From positions 266,407 to 330,406 of the forward strand of contig NIVC01000218.1 of assembly GCA_002269645.1 (NCBI GenBank): 64,000 nucleotides of DNA, written 5' to 3'. Position 1 is the stretch's first letter; every line of letters starts with the position of its first letter. A model generated the notes under the pieces. That model saw only the letters and a list, made by a program, of their open reading frames with translations. It was not told the origin of the DNA and made no database searches. A program made the translations under genes and the position numbers. Positions 12,161-23,633 of the stretch are shown piece by piece. This stretch comes from Macrostomum lignano. Taxonomy: Eukaryota.

Positions 12161-14027
12161 ATTTATATACATTTTGGAATTTGTAGTCATACTTAAATAA
12201 AACTTTGTTAATGCCGCTTAGTTAATGGTTAAAGAAATAAACAAAACTTGGATAGATTCAATTTATATTAAACTGAGCTATTTTACTCATATGATATAAT
12301 AATGTATAATTAGCAAATCATAAAATTATATTAAAGTCTAACAATATTTTGCTCATTGAGTTAAGTATATAGAATTATAGAAATTTATTTAATTGCATAT
12401 TGTGTAAAGAAATAACTTTAGTAGATAAGTCTGTCTTGTTTTTGACAATTTTTCTTAGTTTGTTTTAACTGTTTGAATCTTACATTGAATTTCTTACATT
12501 TTAGTTAGGTCTAGATCTATTGGCAAAAACAAATTTGGTGTAACCTAGGCCTAGTAATAGGCCCTATAGCTACATACATGTATTATATAGGCCTATATTA
12601 TATTATATATAAGCTAAAGTCAAGCTCATGCCAAGTCTTAAATTTTTAAGAAAATAAACTTAAAAGATCTAACTTTGAAATTATTTTTATGATAAACAGC
12701 TTAGTAGACAAATTGAGTAGTACAGTAGGGCCCTAGGCCTACTGGTACGTGGTACCTACCTACATCCTGGCCTTAGCATTAGGACTTAAGGAATTAAAGC
12801 CTAAAGGCCACGACTAAGGCCTAATAACAGTCCTTAGTTCTCTTTCGTGCCATTTCATGGCTAAGGCTACGGCTACTGACAAGGGCGAAAGCCTAATAGA
12901 AAATGTCTCTGAGGCTCTGAAGTTTTTCGTGCATGCCGTGAATATTTGTTCTTTGTTCAATTAATTTGTTTGAAAATATAACAAAAGTGTTCTTAAACCT
13001 AGCCATAGCCCCCCTCGCAATCAGATTTAAAAATTAAGAAATTAGGGGGCCTAAAAGTTTTTTGTTTTTGTTTTTTTACTTTAATAAAAGATAAGAACAA
13101 GAAGTATCGTTTGCTCGAGGGTTTTTTGAATCTTCTTTTAACAGGATCCGCGACGATCGATCGAATTCGAGGCCAATCCTTATAGGTCTTTCCACTGATA
13201 CTGCTCCTAGGCCTAGTACTAGTACTCTAGTCTATATGATAGGCCTATTTCTTCTAAACCTGATCATTTTTTACAATTTCATTTTTTATTTCCTTATTAT
13301 AGCCATAGGGGGGGGGGCTAGGCGGCCTGGGCCTAGGCCCTAACATAAATATAATCATCATGACGCCGACGGGGCTTATTATTAATTTAATTGTTACCAA
13401 TTTACAAGTACTAGTGCCAGTGGCAGTAGCTGGGCCCTAAATTAGTAGACCCTAGGAATTTTAGTCTTGTCTTGTCTTGTGACTTGCAAATATGCTGATA
13501 TATATACAGATGGCAAAGGGTCCCTTATTGGAATAACTTTCCAGAACCTGCGGATGCACTACACGGGTGCAAAAAAACAGTCCAAAATCTGTGACACATG
13601 ACACGGTGTTGTGTGGTGTGGTGTTGCGCGGCGCAGTGTTGTGACTTGTGTGGCATAGGCTAATATTGCGCAGTTGCAGTGCAGTGTTGTGCGCCATAGT
13701 GTTGCGCAGCATGGCACACAGCATGCCCTGCAACACAATAAATTAAATTAAATTGTGTCTCTTATTATGTTTGACATGGTGTCACTTTTATGTTTGACAT
13801 GGTGTCAAAATGTACCGTAAAGTCATTGGTAGGCAAAGGAATGTCTATGGCCCATATTACGGACCATGGTAACGTAATGATGACGTGGCTTTCACTGATG
13901 TGGCATTTTAGCAAAGAACGTCTATGGGGAATAAAGATGCTACTGTACGCAGCTTTAGGAGTGGCATGGAGTAATATCATACGCAGTTAATAGACAAGCA
14001 GCTAATACACTATAAGACTAATACACT

Positions 14028-14273
14028 ATGGCAGGACAACCAGTGGCACCCACTTTTATTGTACCAGTAGCACAAGTGCAACTAGCTGCAGCTTTGTGTG
14101 ACATCACCTTGACAATGCGGGAACTGGCTATGATTATGGCAACAACAAGGGATACCATGAATTGGATGGCCAAATACCACTCAACCATTCAACTTTGGCT
14201 ACAGCTCTGTCAAGGTGACTGCTTTACTGACGGCTACGCTTGGGCTTGCACCAACTGCCATGCTATGTGCTAA
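14028..14273 (+). pseudogene. Possible decayed Merlin/ISXO2-like transposase N-terminal fragment
   Basis: ORF reads ...MRELAMIMATTRDTMNWMAKY...DGYAWACTNC, resembling the W..+.GL/zinc-ribbon DGY.W.C..C region of ISXO2-type transposases (from memory). No catalytic domain or TIRs found. Confidence 0.3.
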
Positions 14274-14559
14274 ACTGTTGCTACTGAACTGGACTGCTAC
14301 TACTGCCCCTGTTGTACCCCACTGTGTTACTATTTCTGTCTGTTTGTACTCAGCGTTACATGTTAGCTTTGCTTGTTTGCATCTTATATTTCTGGCTTTA
14401 TGGTACCTTAGAGGTTAATATTAACAAAGCTGCTACTTTCTCAGCTAAGAAAGGGCTGGGTACACTGGAGAGCTCAAAAATAATCATCTCAGCAAGATAG
14501 TTCAGAAATCATTGAAAAAAAATTTAATGAACAAAACTTGAAGATTGCCAGGCTCTTTT

Positions 14560-15390
14560 ATGCTTAAACTGGTGGCTCTTTTGTTTGACATGGTAGCTTT
14601 TTAATGTTTGACATGGTAGCTCTTTATGTTTGACACAGTGGCTCTTTAATGTCTGACATGGTATCTCTTTAATGTTTGACATAGAGTCACATATGTTTAA
14701 CATGGTGGCTCTTTTATGTTTGACATGGTAGCTCTTTTATGTTTGACATGGTGGCTCTTTAATGTTTGACATGGTGGCTCTTCAATGTTTGACATGGTGG
14801 CTCTTTAATGTTTGACATGGAGTTACGTATATGTTTGACATGGAGTCACGTAGTTTGACATGGAGTCACATATATGTTTGACATAGAGTCACATAGTTTG
14901 ACATGGAGTCACATATATGTTTGACATGAAGTCACAAATATTTGACATGGTGGCTCTTTTATGTTCAACATGTAGTCATGTATATGTTTGACATGGTGGC
15001 TCTTTTATTTTTGACATGGTGGCTCTTTTATTTTTAACATGGTGGCTCTTTTATGTTTGACATAGAGTCACATATATTTAACATGGTGCCTCTTTTATGT
15101 TTGACATGGTAGCTCTTTTATGTTTGACATGGTGGCTCTTTAATGTTTGACATGGTGGCTCTTTAATGTTTGACATGGAGTCATGTAGTTTGACATGGAG
15201 TCACATATATGTTTGACATAGAGTCACGTAGTTTGACATGGAGTCACATATATGTTTGACATGGAGTCACAAATGTTTGACATAGTGGCTCTTTTATGTT
15301 CAACATGTAGTCATGTATATGTTTGACATGGTGGCTCTTTTATTTTTAACATGGTGGCTCTTTTATGTTTGACATGGTGGCTCTTTTATC
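14560..15390. repeat. ~24-bp degenerate minisatellite (TTATGTTTGACATGGTGGCTCT)n
   Basis: TTTGACATGG core repeated ~35 times. Related copies at 13765-13810 and a decayed stretch at ~16980-17230. Confidence 0.9.
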
Positions 15391-16179
15391 TTTAGCATTT
15401 TGTATTTTTTATGGTATTTTGCACTACTAAGATTCAAACCCAGGTTGCTACATTAGCAGTCTGTTTGTATCTAGGCTATCTCTTTTCAATTAACATGAAT
15501 TGTGGCCCTTATAATCCAATACCTTCAGCAAGTCGGTTAGAGTAAAAAGTTATGACATAATCACATAATCAATTTCTTAGTCAGCCAGTATCAGTCTCAA
15601 TTTAAGTTAGCAATATGGTTACGAAACTTCAATCAAGTCTTGTGCGCATTTCTTCAACACTGTTTTCAACTTGTTGTGATGCAATCTTTATTAGAATCAA
15701 AATTCAGTCAGTCAGTGTTTTCTCTAGCATTCTTCCAATGTATTTCAAGTCAAAAATTTAGCTTGACCTTTGCAAAAAAGCATGTTTTTTGAATATTTAA
15801 TCCCTTTAACACTGAGCAATTTCTTAGCCAAGATGCATGTACTGTCCAGGAAAATTTCTGATCAAATGGTGCAAGCTTGAAGAAAATCAATTGAGCCATT
15901 TTTTTTAATTTATTGTATACCCATAGACAACTCATTTTCAGTATATTGGTTAGAGAGGAGATGGAGAAGATAGGAAGGATAGGAAACGATGGATGGATAG
16001 AATGGATGGATGGATTAGATAGATTGGATAGTCATAGTTACTTTTGCTATTTATTTAAAATTACATTGATTTTTGCTTTAGTTTGCATTTCTTTAATTTA
16101 ATTTAATAATTTAATTTAATTCTAAAAAAAAAACTTTAATAGCTAGGTGAACTTTCAAACTTTTATATATCTATTAGCA

Positions 16180-16960
16180 ATTTAACTTGAGCCTTGACAT
16201 CTATATAATTCCCCTTAGAAAGCCTTATATCTTAGCAATTCCCTTAGTAAGCCTTGATATCTTAGTAGTCTTTTCCCAATCCCCATGAGCAATGCCTCCT
16301 ATAAGCCTTGAAATCTTAATAAGTGTCTATTAGCTTTGAAATCTTAGCAACCCACTTTAACCTTAACCCTTAAGCCTTGACTTCTTAGCAATTCTTCTTA
16401 TATACACTTTGAAATTTTAGTAATTTCCCCCAATAGTTATAGCCTTATAGCAAATCCTTCCAAGCTTTGACATTGTAGCAATTCCTAAATAAATCTATGT
16501 TTGAAATAATGCTTCTTTTGTCTGATAGATGCTTCTTTTATGTTTTATATGATTTCTTTTCTTTTTGACTTGACATTTCTTTTGTTTTAAATAATGTTTT
16601 TTTCATGTCTAAATGACACTTCTTTTATTTTTATGCTACTTTTTCTATTTCCATTAGGAGCCAACAAAGAATATAGACTACTATGTAGCTTCTGACATTA
16701 GCCTTAGTATCTCAGTAATCCCCCCATAAGCATCTCTGCAATTTCCCAAGGCCTTGACATCTAAGAAATACTCCCTATAAGCCTTGCCATCTTATAATTA
16801 GCTATTCTCCCTAGAAGCCTTAACATCTTAGCAAATCCCCCTTCTCTAGCCTTAATATCTTAGCAATTCCCTCATAAGCCTTGACATCTTAGCAATTTTA
16901 CAATAAGCCTTGACATGTCAATAATCTGTAGTAAGCCTTGACATCTTAGCAAGTCCCTCC
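16180..16960. repeat. Old degenerate tandem repeat (AGCCTTGACATCTTAGCAATTCCC-like)
   Basis: Recurrent AGCCTTGA..TCTTAGCAA motif with variable spacing. Confidence 0.7.
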
Positions 16961-17668
16961 AAAACTACATAACACTTTTTTTGTGACATGTTTGACATGA
17001 ATATTTTTTAGAAGACATTTCTTTCATGTTTGACATGGTGCTTCTTGGTCTATATGGCTTTTCTTTTATTTCTTATATGACACTTCTTTATGTTTTATGC
17101 CCTTCTTTTATAATTTAAATGAAGTTTCTTATATATTATGCATGACACTTTCATGTTTTACATGATGCTTCTTTCATGTCTGACATGATGCCTTTTTTGG
17201 TCTAAATGACTCTTTTTTATTTCTTACAAAGTGCTTTTTTATGTTTTATATGTAAAATTTTTATAGGTCTAGATTGGCAAATTTAATATTAAATTGCAAT
17301 TAAAAGTTACTATATAATAATAAAAAGTATGTTTTTTTAATTCTTTAATATGCTTTTCTGTTCTAAAGTGGTTACTTATAATTTACCTTTTTATTAGATT
17401 GTGGTACCTTTATTAAAATAATTTTGCTTTATTTTATATTTTTCCAAAAATTTAAAAAGTAAAACAACAAAACTTCAAACTACAATATTTATATAGTTAT
17501 TGTTGTAAGAGCAGTTGTTTTATATGGCAATATCTATAGCTATTGCAGGTTCCTATTTTACTGCAGTCAATTATTGTAGGCATAAAGTATACCAATTACC
17601 AAGCATTGTCATAAATCAATAATTTTTGCAGACATTGCAGCTATTGATTTATCAATCAACCAATTGGA

Positions 17669-20600
17669 ATGCAAGAATTGGAGGACTCATTCTGTTTAGC
17701 TCAGACACTGGGACCACCAACCGTTCGGCTGCAGTCTGCAGACTCAAACAATCAAGCTACTGAGCAGGTTGCACCGCAGATTCCGCTCACACTGTGCCAG
17801 CGCTTGAAGCTCAGTCTAGATAGTGGCGAATTCTCCGATGTAGCCTTTCTAATTGGCGATGCTAAAATCCGATTCAATGCTCACCGTGTTGTACTAGCAT
17901 CTGTCAGTCCAGTGTTCCGAGCTATGTTCAATAGCCCATTGAGTCGGCAGCTGCAGAGTCCGGATTCTAATCACAATAGCAAACTGATGAATGAAGCTAT
18001 CCACGAGCTATCTGATATTGAGTCCAGCGCCTTTGAGAATCTATTAATATTTGCTTATACAGACTGTACAGAAGGTGTTACCGATAGCAACGTATTTCAA
18101 ACGCTGTACGCCGCTAAGAAATATCTTGTTGATGGTCTTGCTAACGCTTGCTGCGAGTACTTGCGTCAGCATTTAACTGTGGATAATGCGCTTACAGTGC
18201 TGGAGCATTGTATGTTTCTACAGGTGCGAAAAAGTGCAGTGAAAAATTACGTCAGTCCTGAAACAGCGGAGCACCATCTTTAAATCCTAAAACCTGGCAG
18301 CACCAAATTTTGATCCCAAAATAAAACAGGGAGGCACCACCTTTCAGATCCTGAGACAGGGATGCACCACTTTTCAGATCCTGAGACAGGGATGCACCAC
18401 CTTTTAGATCTTGAGACAGGGATGCACCACCTTTCAGATCCTGAGACAGGGATGCACCACTTTTCAGATCCTGAGACAGGGATGCACCACCTTTCAGATC
18501 CTGAGACAGGGATGCACCACCTTTCAGATCCTGAGACAGGGATGCACCACCTTTCAGATCCTGAGACAGGGATGCACCACCTTTCAGATCCTGAGACAGG
18601 GATGCACCACCTTTCAGATCCTGAGACAGGGATGCACCACCTTTCAGATCCTGAGACAGGGATGCACCACCTTTTAGATCCTGAGACAGGGATGCACCAC
18701 CTTTTAGATCCTGAGACAGGGATGCACCACCTTCAGATCCTGAAGTATGGAATTACCATTTGTTATTATGTCAAAATAGTGAGTGAAAATAACTTCAGAT
18801 TCTAAAATTAGGAAGAACCCTCTGGATTATAAACGGAGGATTCTCTTTAAATCCTAAATAGGAACGAATTGGTTCACTTAGCATTTATCAATCAATAAAT
18901 ATTTCACTGTCCAGGTGCCTTCGGTTGTGCAACCATGTCTCCGTTTAATTTGTCACCAATGGGAACGAATCAGTTCGGATCTGCTCGGTTGCCATGGAAA
19001 CACGTATTCTCAAGATTTGATTGCCTGCGTTCTGTCCCAGGATGGTCTGCCATGCGACGAGGTGGAAATATTTGATTGGATTTTATGCTGGGCAAAGTCT
19101 CGTAAAAGTGCTGATGCTGATGCTGATGAAGAGGATAAACCGTCTGGTTCAATGTCATCATTGGGGACTGTCGGGGATTTAATCGATTATACACCGTTGC
19201 TACGATGCGTTAGATTTTCAAGAATGTCGCGACGCCAGATTGGCAGTCTAGTGGCGCCTACCGGGCTATTGACTGATGGACAATTGGTCAGAATTCTGAC
19301 AGGACAGGACAGGGATAATCTAGGTGAGAGTGTGGCCTTGAATATTTATCTTGATCTCTAGCGGCACTCTGGGTGCCAGTGCATTGATCTCTAGTGGCAC
19401 TTTTTGGGCCAGTGTATTGATCTCTAGTGGCACTTTTGTGCCAGTGCATTGATCTCTAGTGGCACTTTTGTGCCAGTGTATTGATCTCTAGTGGCACTTT
19501 TGTGCCAGTGTATTGATCTCTAGTAGCACTTTTGGGCCAGTGTATTGATCTCTAGTGGCACTTTTGGGCCAGTGTATTGATCTCTAGTGGCACTTTTGCT
19601 GTCAGTGCATTGATGTCTAATGGCAATTGATTGCCAGTCTCTTGTTCTCAAATGGCACTTTTAATGCTAGTGTATTGATCTCTAATGGCATATTTGATGT
19701 ATAGTGGCAGCTCAATTTACTATCTCTCACACCTTCAGACCGAGACACCGTCGTTGAATTCAACGCTCAGCCGCGGTGCCCAAGCCTTCCTGGCGAACCC
19801 GAACAGCTGGTTCTGTGCGATCTGGCCGCGGCCGCCGCCGCTGTACGCGCTGCCGCTGCACCCTCCCAGGTGTCGGCCAGGTTGCCCATGGCCCTGCCGC
19901 CGTCAGTGACAGACGAATCGTCTTCGGCGTCCACGTTTGTGTCAGCATCCGGTCTGCTGAGCTTAGGTAATTGGCCCATTGTAGCTCAGGGTGAGACTGT
20001 GTGGTAGTGAGGGGGTAAAAGGAGAGAGTGAAAGAGTGGTTGAAAATGGAGTGAAACTCCGAAAATTTGAGACTGAGAGAGTGACACTGAGAGTGAGATT
20101 GAGTGAGTGACACTGCGAGAGTGAGAGAGTGACACTGTGAGAGTGAGATTGAGAGAGTGACACTGCGAGAGTGAGAGAGTGACACTGCGAGAGTGAGAGA
20201 GTGACACTGTGAGAGTAAGAGAGTGACACTGTGATGGTGAGATTGAGAGAGTGACACTGCGAGAGTGAGAGTGACACCGTAAGAGTAAGAGAGTGACACT
20301 GTGAGGGTGAGAAAGTGACAATGTGAGAGTGAGAGAGTGACACTGCGAGAGTGAGAGAGTGACACTGTGAGAGTAAGAGTGACAATGAGAGTGAGAGAGT
20401 GACACTATGAGAGTGAGAGAGTGACACTGAGAGTGAGAGAGTGACACTGCGAGAGTGAGAGAGTGACACTGTGAGAGTGAGATTGAGAGAGTGACACTGC
20501 GAGAGTAAGAGTGACAATGAGAGTGAGAGAGTGATACTGTGAGAGTAAGAGAGTGACACTGTGATGGTGAGATTAAGAGAGTGACACTGCGAGAGTGAGA

Positions 20601-21573
20601 GTGACACCGTAAGAGTAAGAGAATGACACTGTGAGGGTGAGAAAGTGACACTGTGAGGGTGAGAAAGTGACACTGTGAGGGTGAGATAGTGACACTGTGA
20701 GAGTGAGAGAGTGACACTGCGAGAGTGTGAGAGTGACACTGTGAGAGTGAGAGAGTGACACTGCGGGAGTGAGAGACTGAAACTGTGAGAGTGAGAGTTT
20801 GAAACTGTAAGTGACAGTGTAGAGTGTGAAATTGTGAGACCTTGAGAGTGAAAGACTGAAAGTGAAAGATTCAGTGAATGAGGTATACCGAGAGTGAGAC
20901 TGTGAAGGGATGAGAGGGTATGAAGGGTGAGTGGTAGTAAAGCTAATGTAACAGTGGGAGACAGAAAGCCAGAACATTTTCCATCACACCAATGTTGATC
21001 TGTTGCTTAAATCCCCCCTGCCCTATCGCAGCTGATCAGCAGTTCGCCATATTCGGCAGCATCGAGATGCGAACTAATCGCCGATTGTTATTAACCGGCT
21101 TTAATCTGTTCCGACAGCCGCCCAAATCCGAGTCGTCGAGTAGCCGATTGAGACAAGTTCAAGCACAGCAGCAGAATCCTAGCGGGTCAGAAATGTCCAT
21201 AATGGCTGAAGTGACCTCAGTGGAAGATGTTGAGCACTGCCTGTTTAATAGCAGATTCGAACCCAATGAAGCTTCGCTAGAATGCAGTCAGACGGTTAGA
21301 CAGGCTGTCAGCCTCACTGAGGTGACCTTTCCCAGGGCTCTGGTGCTGCTGCCAAATCAATGGTATCGATTGAGCATCCACGTCTGCGGTTCTGGGCAGC
21401 TGCCGCCGCCGCAGCTCTTGGGACCGTCGCAGTGTTGGCGCTCGCCCTGGGAGCTGGACGGCCGGCCCGTTGTTAGCGGCAACTGCGGCTGTGCTAAACT
21501 GGAATTGCGGCCACCGATGTTGGCTAGTGCTGCTGCCGGCTTCCTTCAGGCACTCTGCGTCTGCTGGGTTTGA
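17669..21573 (+). CDS. BTB/POZ-BACK protein with divergent PHR-like C-terminus (BTBD1/2/3/6-like Cul3 adaptor)
   Basis: Exons 17669-18223, 18915-19323, 19739-19966, 21032-21573 with GT-AG sites and phases 0,1,1. BTB motifs FSDVAFLIG..RFNAHRVVLASVSPVFRAMF and AFENLLIFAYTD..NVFQTLYAAKKYLV; BACK motif CDEVEIFDWILCWA; PHR-like RRLLLTGFNLF...FPRALVLLPNQWYRLSIHVCG. Confidence 0.9.
18335..18740. repeat. 30-bp minisatellite in BTB intron 1 (GATGCACCACCTTTCAGATCCTGAGACAGG)n
   Basis: Exact 30-nt period, ~13 copies. Confidence 0.95.
19355..19690. repeat. 32-bp minisatellite in BTB intron 2 (GTGTATTGATCTCTAGTGGCACTTTTGTGCCA)n
   Basis: Units at 19412, 19444 and onward. Confidence 0.9.
20040..20940. repeat. 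GA-rich degenerate minisatellite in BTB intron 3 (GAGAGTGACACTGT core)
   Basis: GAGAGTGACACTG recurs throughout. The S/L/H-rich minus-strand ORFs are repeat translations. Confidence 0.9.
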
Positions 21574-21654
21574 GGGGTTTGCATGACATTTAGACTGTTT
21601 TGCAGTGCTAGGAGTTTTTAAACAGTTTTTGTTCTTGTATTAACCCTTTATAAT

Positions 21655-22120
21655 TAGCCTCCCAGATCCTCAGTTGCTAAGCCAGCCTCCTAGATCCTCA
21701 GTTGCTAAGCCAGCCTCCCAGATCCTCAGTTGATGGGCCGGCCTCCCAGATCCTCAGTTGCTAGGCCGGCCTCCTAAATCCTCAGTTGCTAGGCCAGCCT
21801 CTCAGATCCTCAGTTTCTGGGCCAGCCTCCCAGAGTGTCAGTCGCTGGGCCAGCCTCCCAGATCCCCAGTTGCTGGGCCAGGCCTCCCAGATCCTCAGTT
21901 GCTGGGCCAGGCCTCCCAGATCCTCAGTTGCTGGGCCAGCCTCCCAGATCCCCAGTCGCTGGGCCAGCCTCCCAGATCCCCAGTTGCTGGGCCAGCCTCC
22001 CAGATCCCAGTCGCTGGGCCAGCCCCTCAGATCCGTAGTTGCTGGGCCAGCCCCTCAGATCCCCAGTTGCTGGGCCAGCCCCTCAGATCCCCAGTCGCTG
22101 GGCCAGCCTCCCAAATCCCC
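21655..22120. repeat. 28-bp minisatellite family A, locus 2 (reverse orientation, just 3' of BTB stop)
   Basis: ATCCTCAGTTGCTGGGCCAGCCTCCCAG units. Confidence 0.95.
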
Positions 22121-22679
22121 TTTTCGCTGGACCGCTGCCTCAGATGAAGAATCGCACAATGACAAAGCACTGATTATTCTGACCACACACGCAACACAAG
22201 TTCAAGCGTCAACCTAGCAACTCTTAGCATGCACCCAAGGCACCTCACGCAGGCACCTTTGCTCATTAGCAGTTCAGCTCGGCAACTCATTAGTTTCTTT
22301 TCTGTTTCGGGTTGGATACCTGTTTGCCATCGGCTTTTACCAAGAATTGTGCATTGCTAGAAATCATTATACAGACTGTTGAGAGATTCGCCCGCCTTTT
22401 TTATATAGTATAGGCAAACTGAAACTAAACGGGAGCTGTCAGTTTTTTACTGTTTATTTTTTGTTTCAATTTTTGTCGGCATTTGTTTAATTGAGAAAGA
22501 CAGCTGTGTATAACAGTTTTTTACGAGTATGCATTAGTCATTCGCTGTTTGCTATTTTGTCATTAATAATTATTCAGACGTAATCATAGCATCCAATTTT
22601 GCCGCCATTTTATAAAACTTTGTGCACTATGGTTCAAGTCTTGTTTCTATTGTTTGTTTTTTCATGAAGTTATTTGTTT

Positions 22680-23540
22680 AGAATCTGCCTCTCCGCTCCC
22701 TCCCCTCAGTCCTTGAGAATCTGCCTCTCCGCTCCCTCCCCTCAGTCCTTGAGAATCTGCCTCTCCGCTCCCCCCCCCCTCAGTCCTTGAGAATCTGCCT
22801 CTCCGCTCCCCCCCTCAGTCCTTGAGAATCTGCCTCTCCGCTCCCCCCCCTCAGTCCTTGAGAATCTGCCTCTCCGCTCCCTCCCCTCAGTCCTTAAGAA
22901 TCTGCCTCTCCGCTCCCTCCCCTCAGTCCTTGAGAATCTGCCTCTCCGCTCCCCCCCCCTCAGTCCTTGAGAATCTGCCTCTCCGCTCCCCCCTCAGTCC
23001 TTGAGAATCTGCCTCTCCGCTCCCCCCCCTCAGTCCTTGAGAATCTGCCTCTCCGCTCCCCCCCTCAGTCCTTGAGAATCTGCCTCTCCGCCCCCCCCCT
23101 CAGTCCTTGAGAATCTGCCTCTCCGCCCCCCCCTCAGTCCTTGAGAATCTGCCTCTCCGCTCCCCCCCCTCAGTCCTTGAGAATCTGCCTCTCCGCTCCC
23201 CCCTCAGTCCTTGAGAATCTGCCTCTCCGCTCCCCCCCTCAGTCCTTGAGAATCTGCCTCTCCGCTCCCCCCCCCCTCAGTCCTTGAGAATCTGCCTCTC
23301 CGCTCCCTCCCTTCAGTCCTTGAGAATCTGCCTCTCCGCTCCCTCCCTTCAGTCCTTGAGAATCTGCCTCTCCGCTCCCTCCCTTCAGTCCTTGAGAATC
23401 TGCCTCTCCGCTCCCTCAGTCCTTGAGAATCTGCCTCCCCACCCCTCAGTCCTTGAGAATCTGCCTCTCCGCTCCCTCAGTCCTTGAGAATCTCCCTCTC
23501 CACCCCCCAGTCCTTGAGAATCTGCCTCTCCACCCCCTAT
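22680..23540. repeat. ~35-40-bp minisatellite with variable poly-C (GAGAATCTGCCTCTCCGCTCCCnCTCAGTCCTT)
   Basis: ~23 units differing mainly in C-run length. Confidence 0.95.
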
Positions 23541-23633
23541 CTAAATGATGGTTCCATTTCTAAACTATGCTGAATAGACGATATTAGTAGTATATACACA
23601 AGCTCTACAATCGCACCGCTACGCGTCTTCCAG

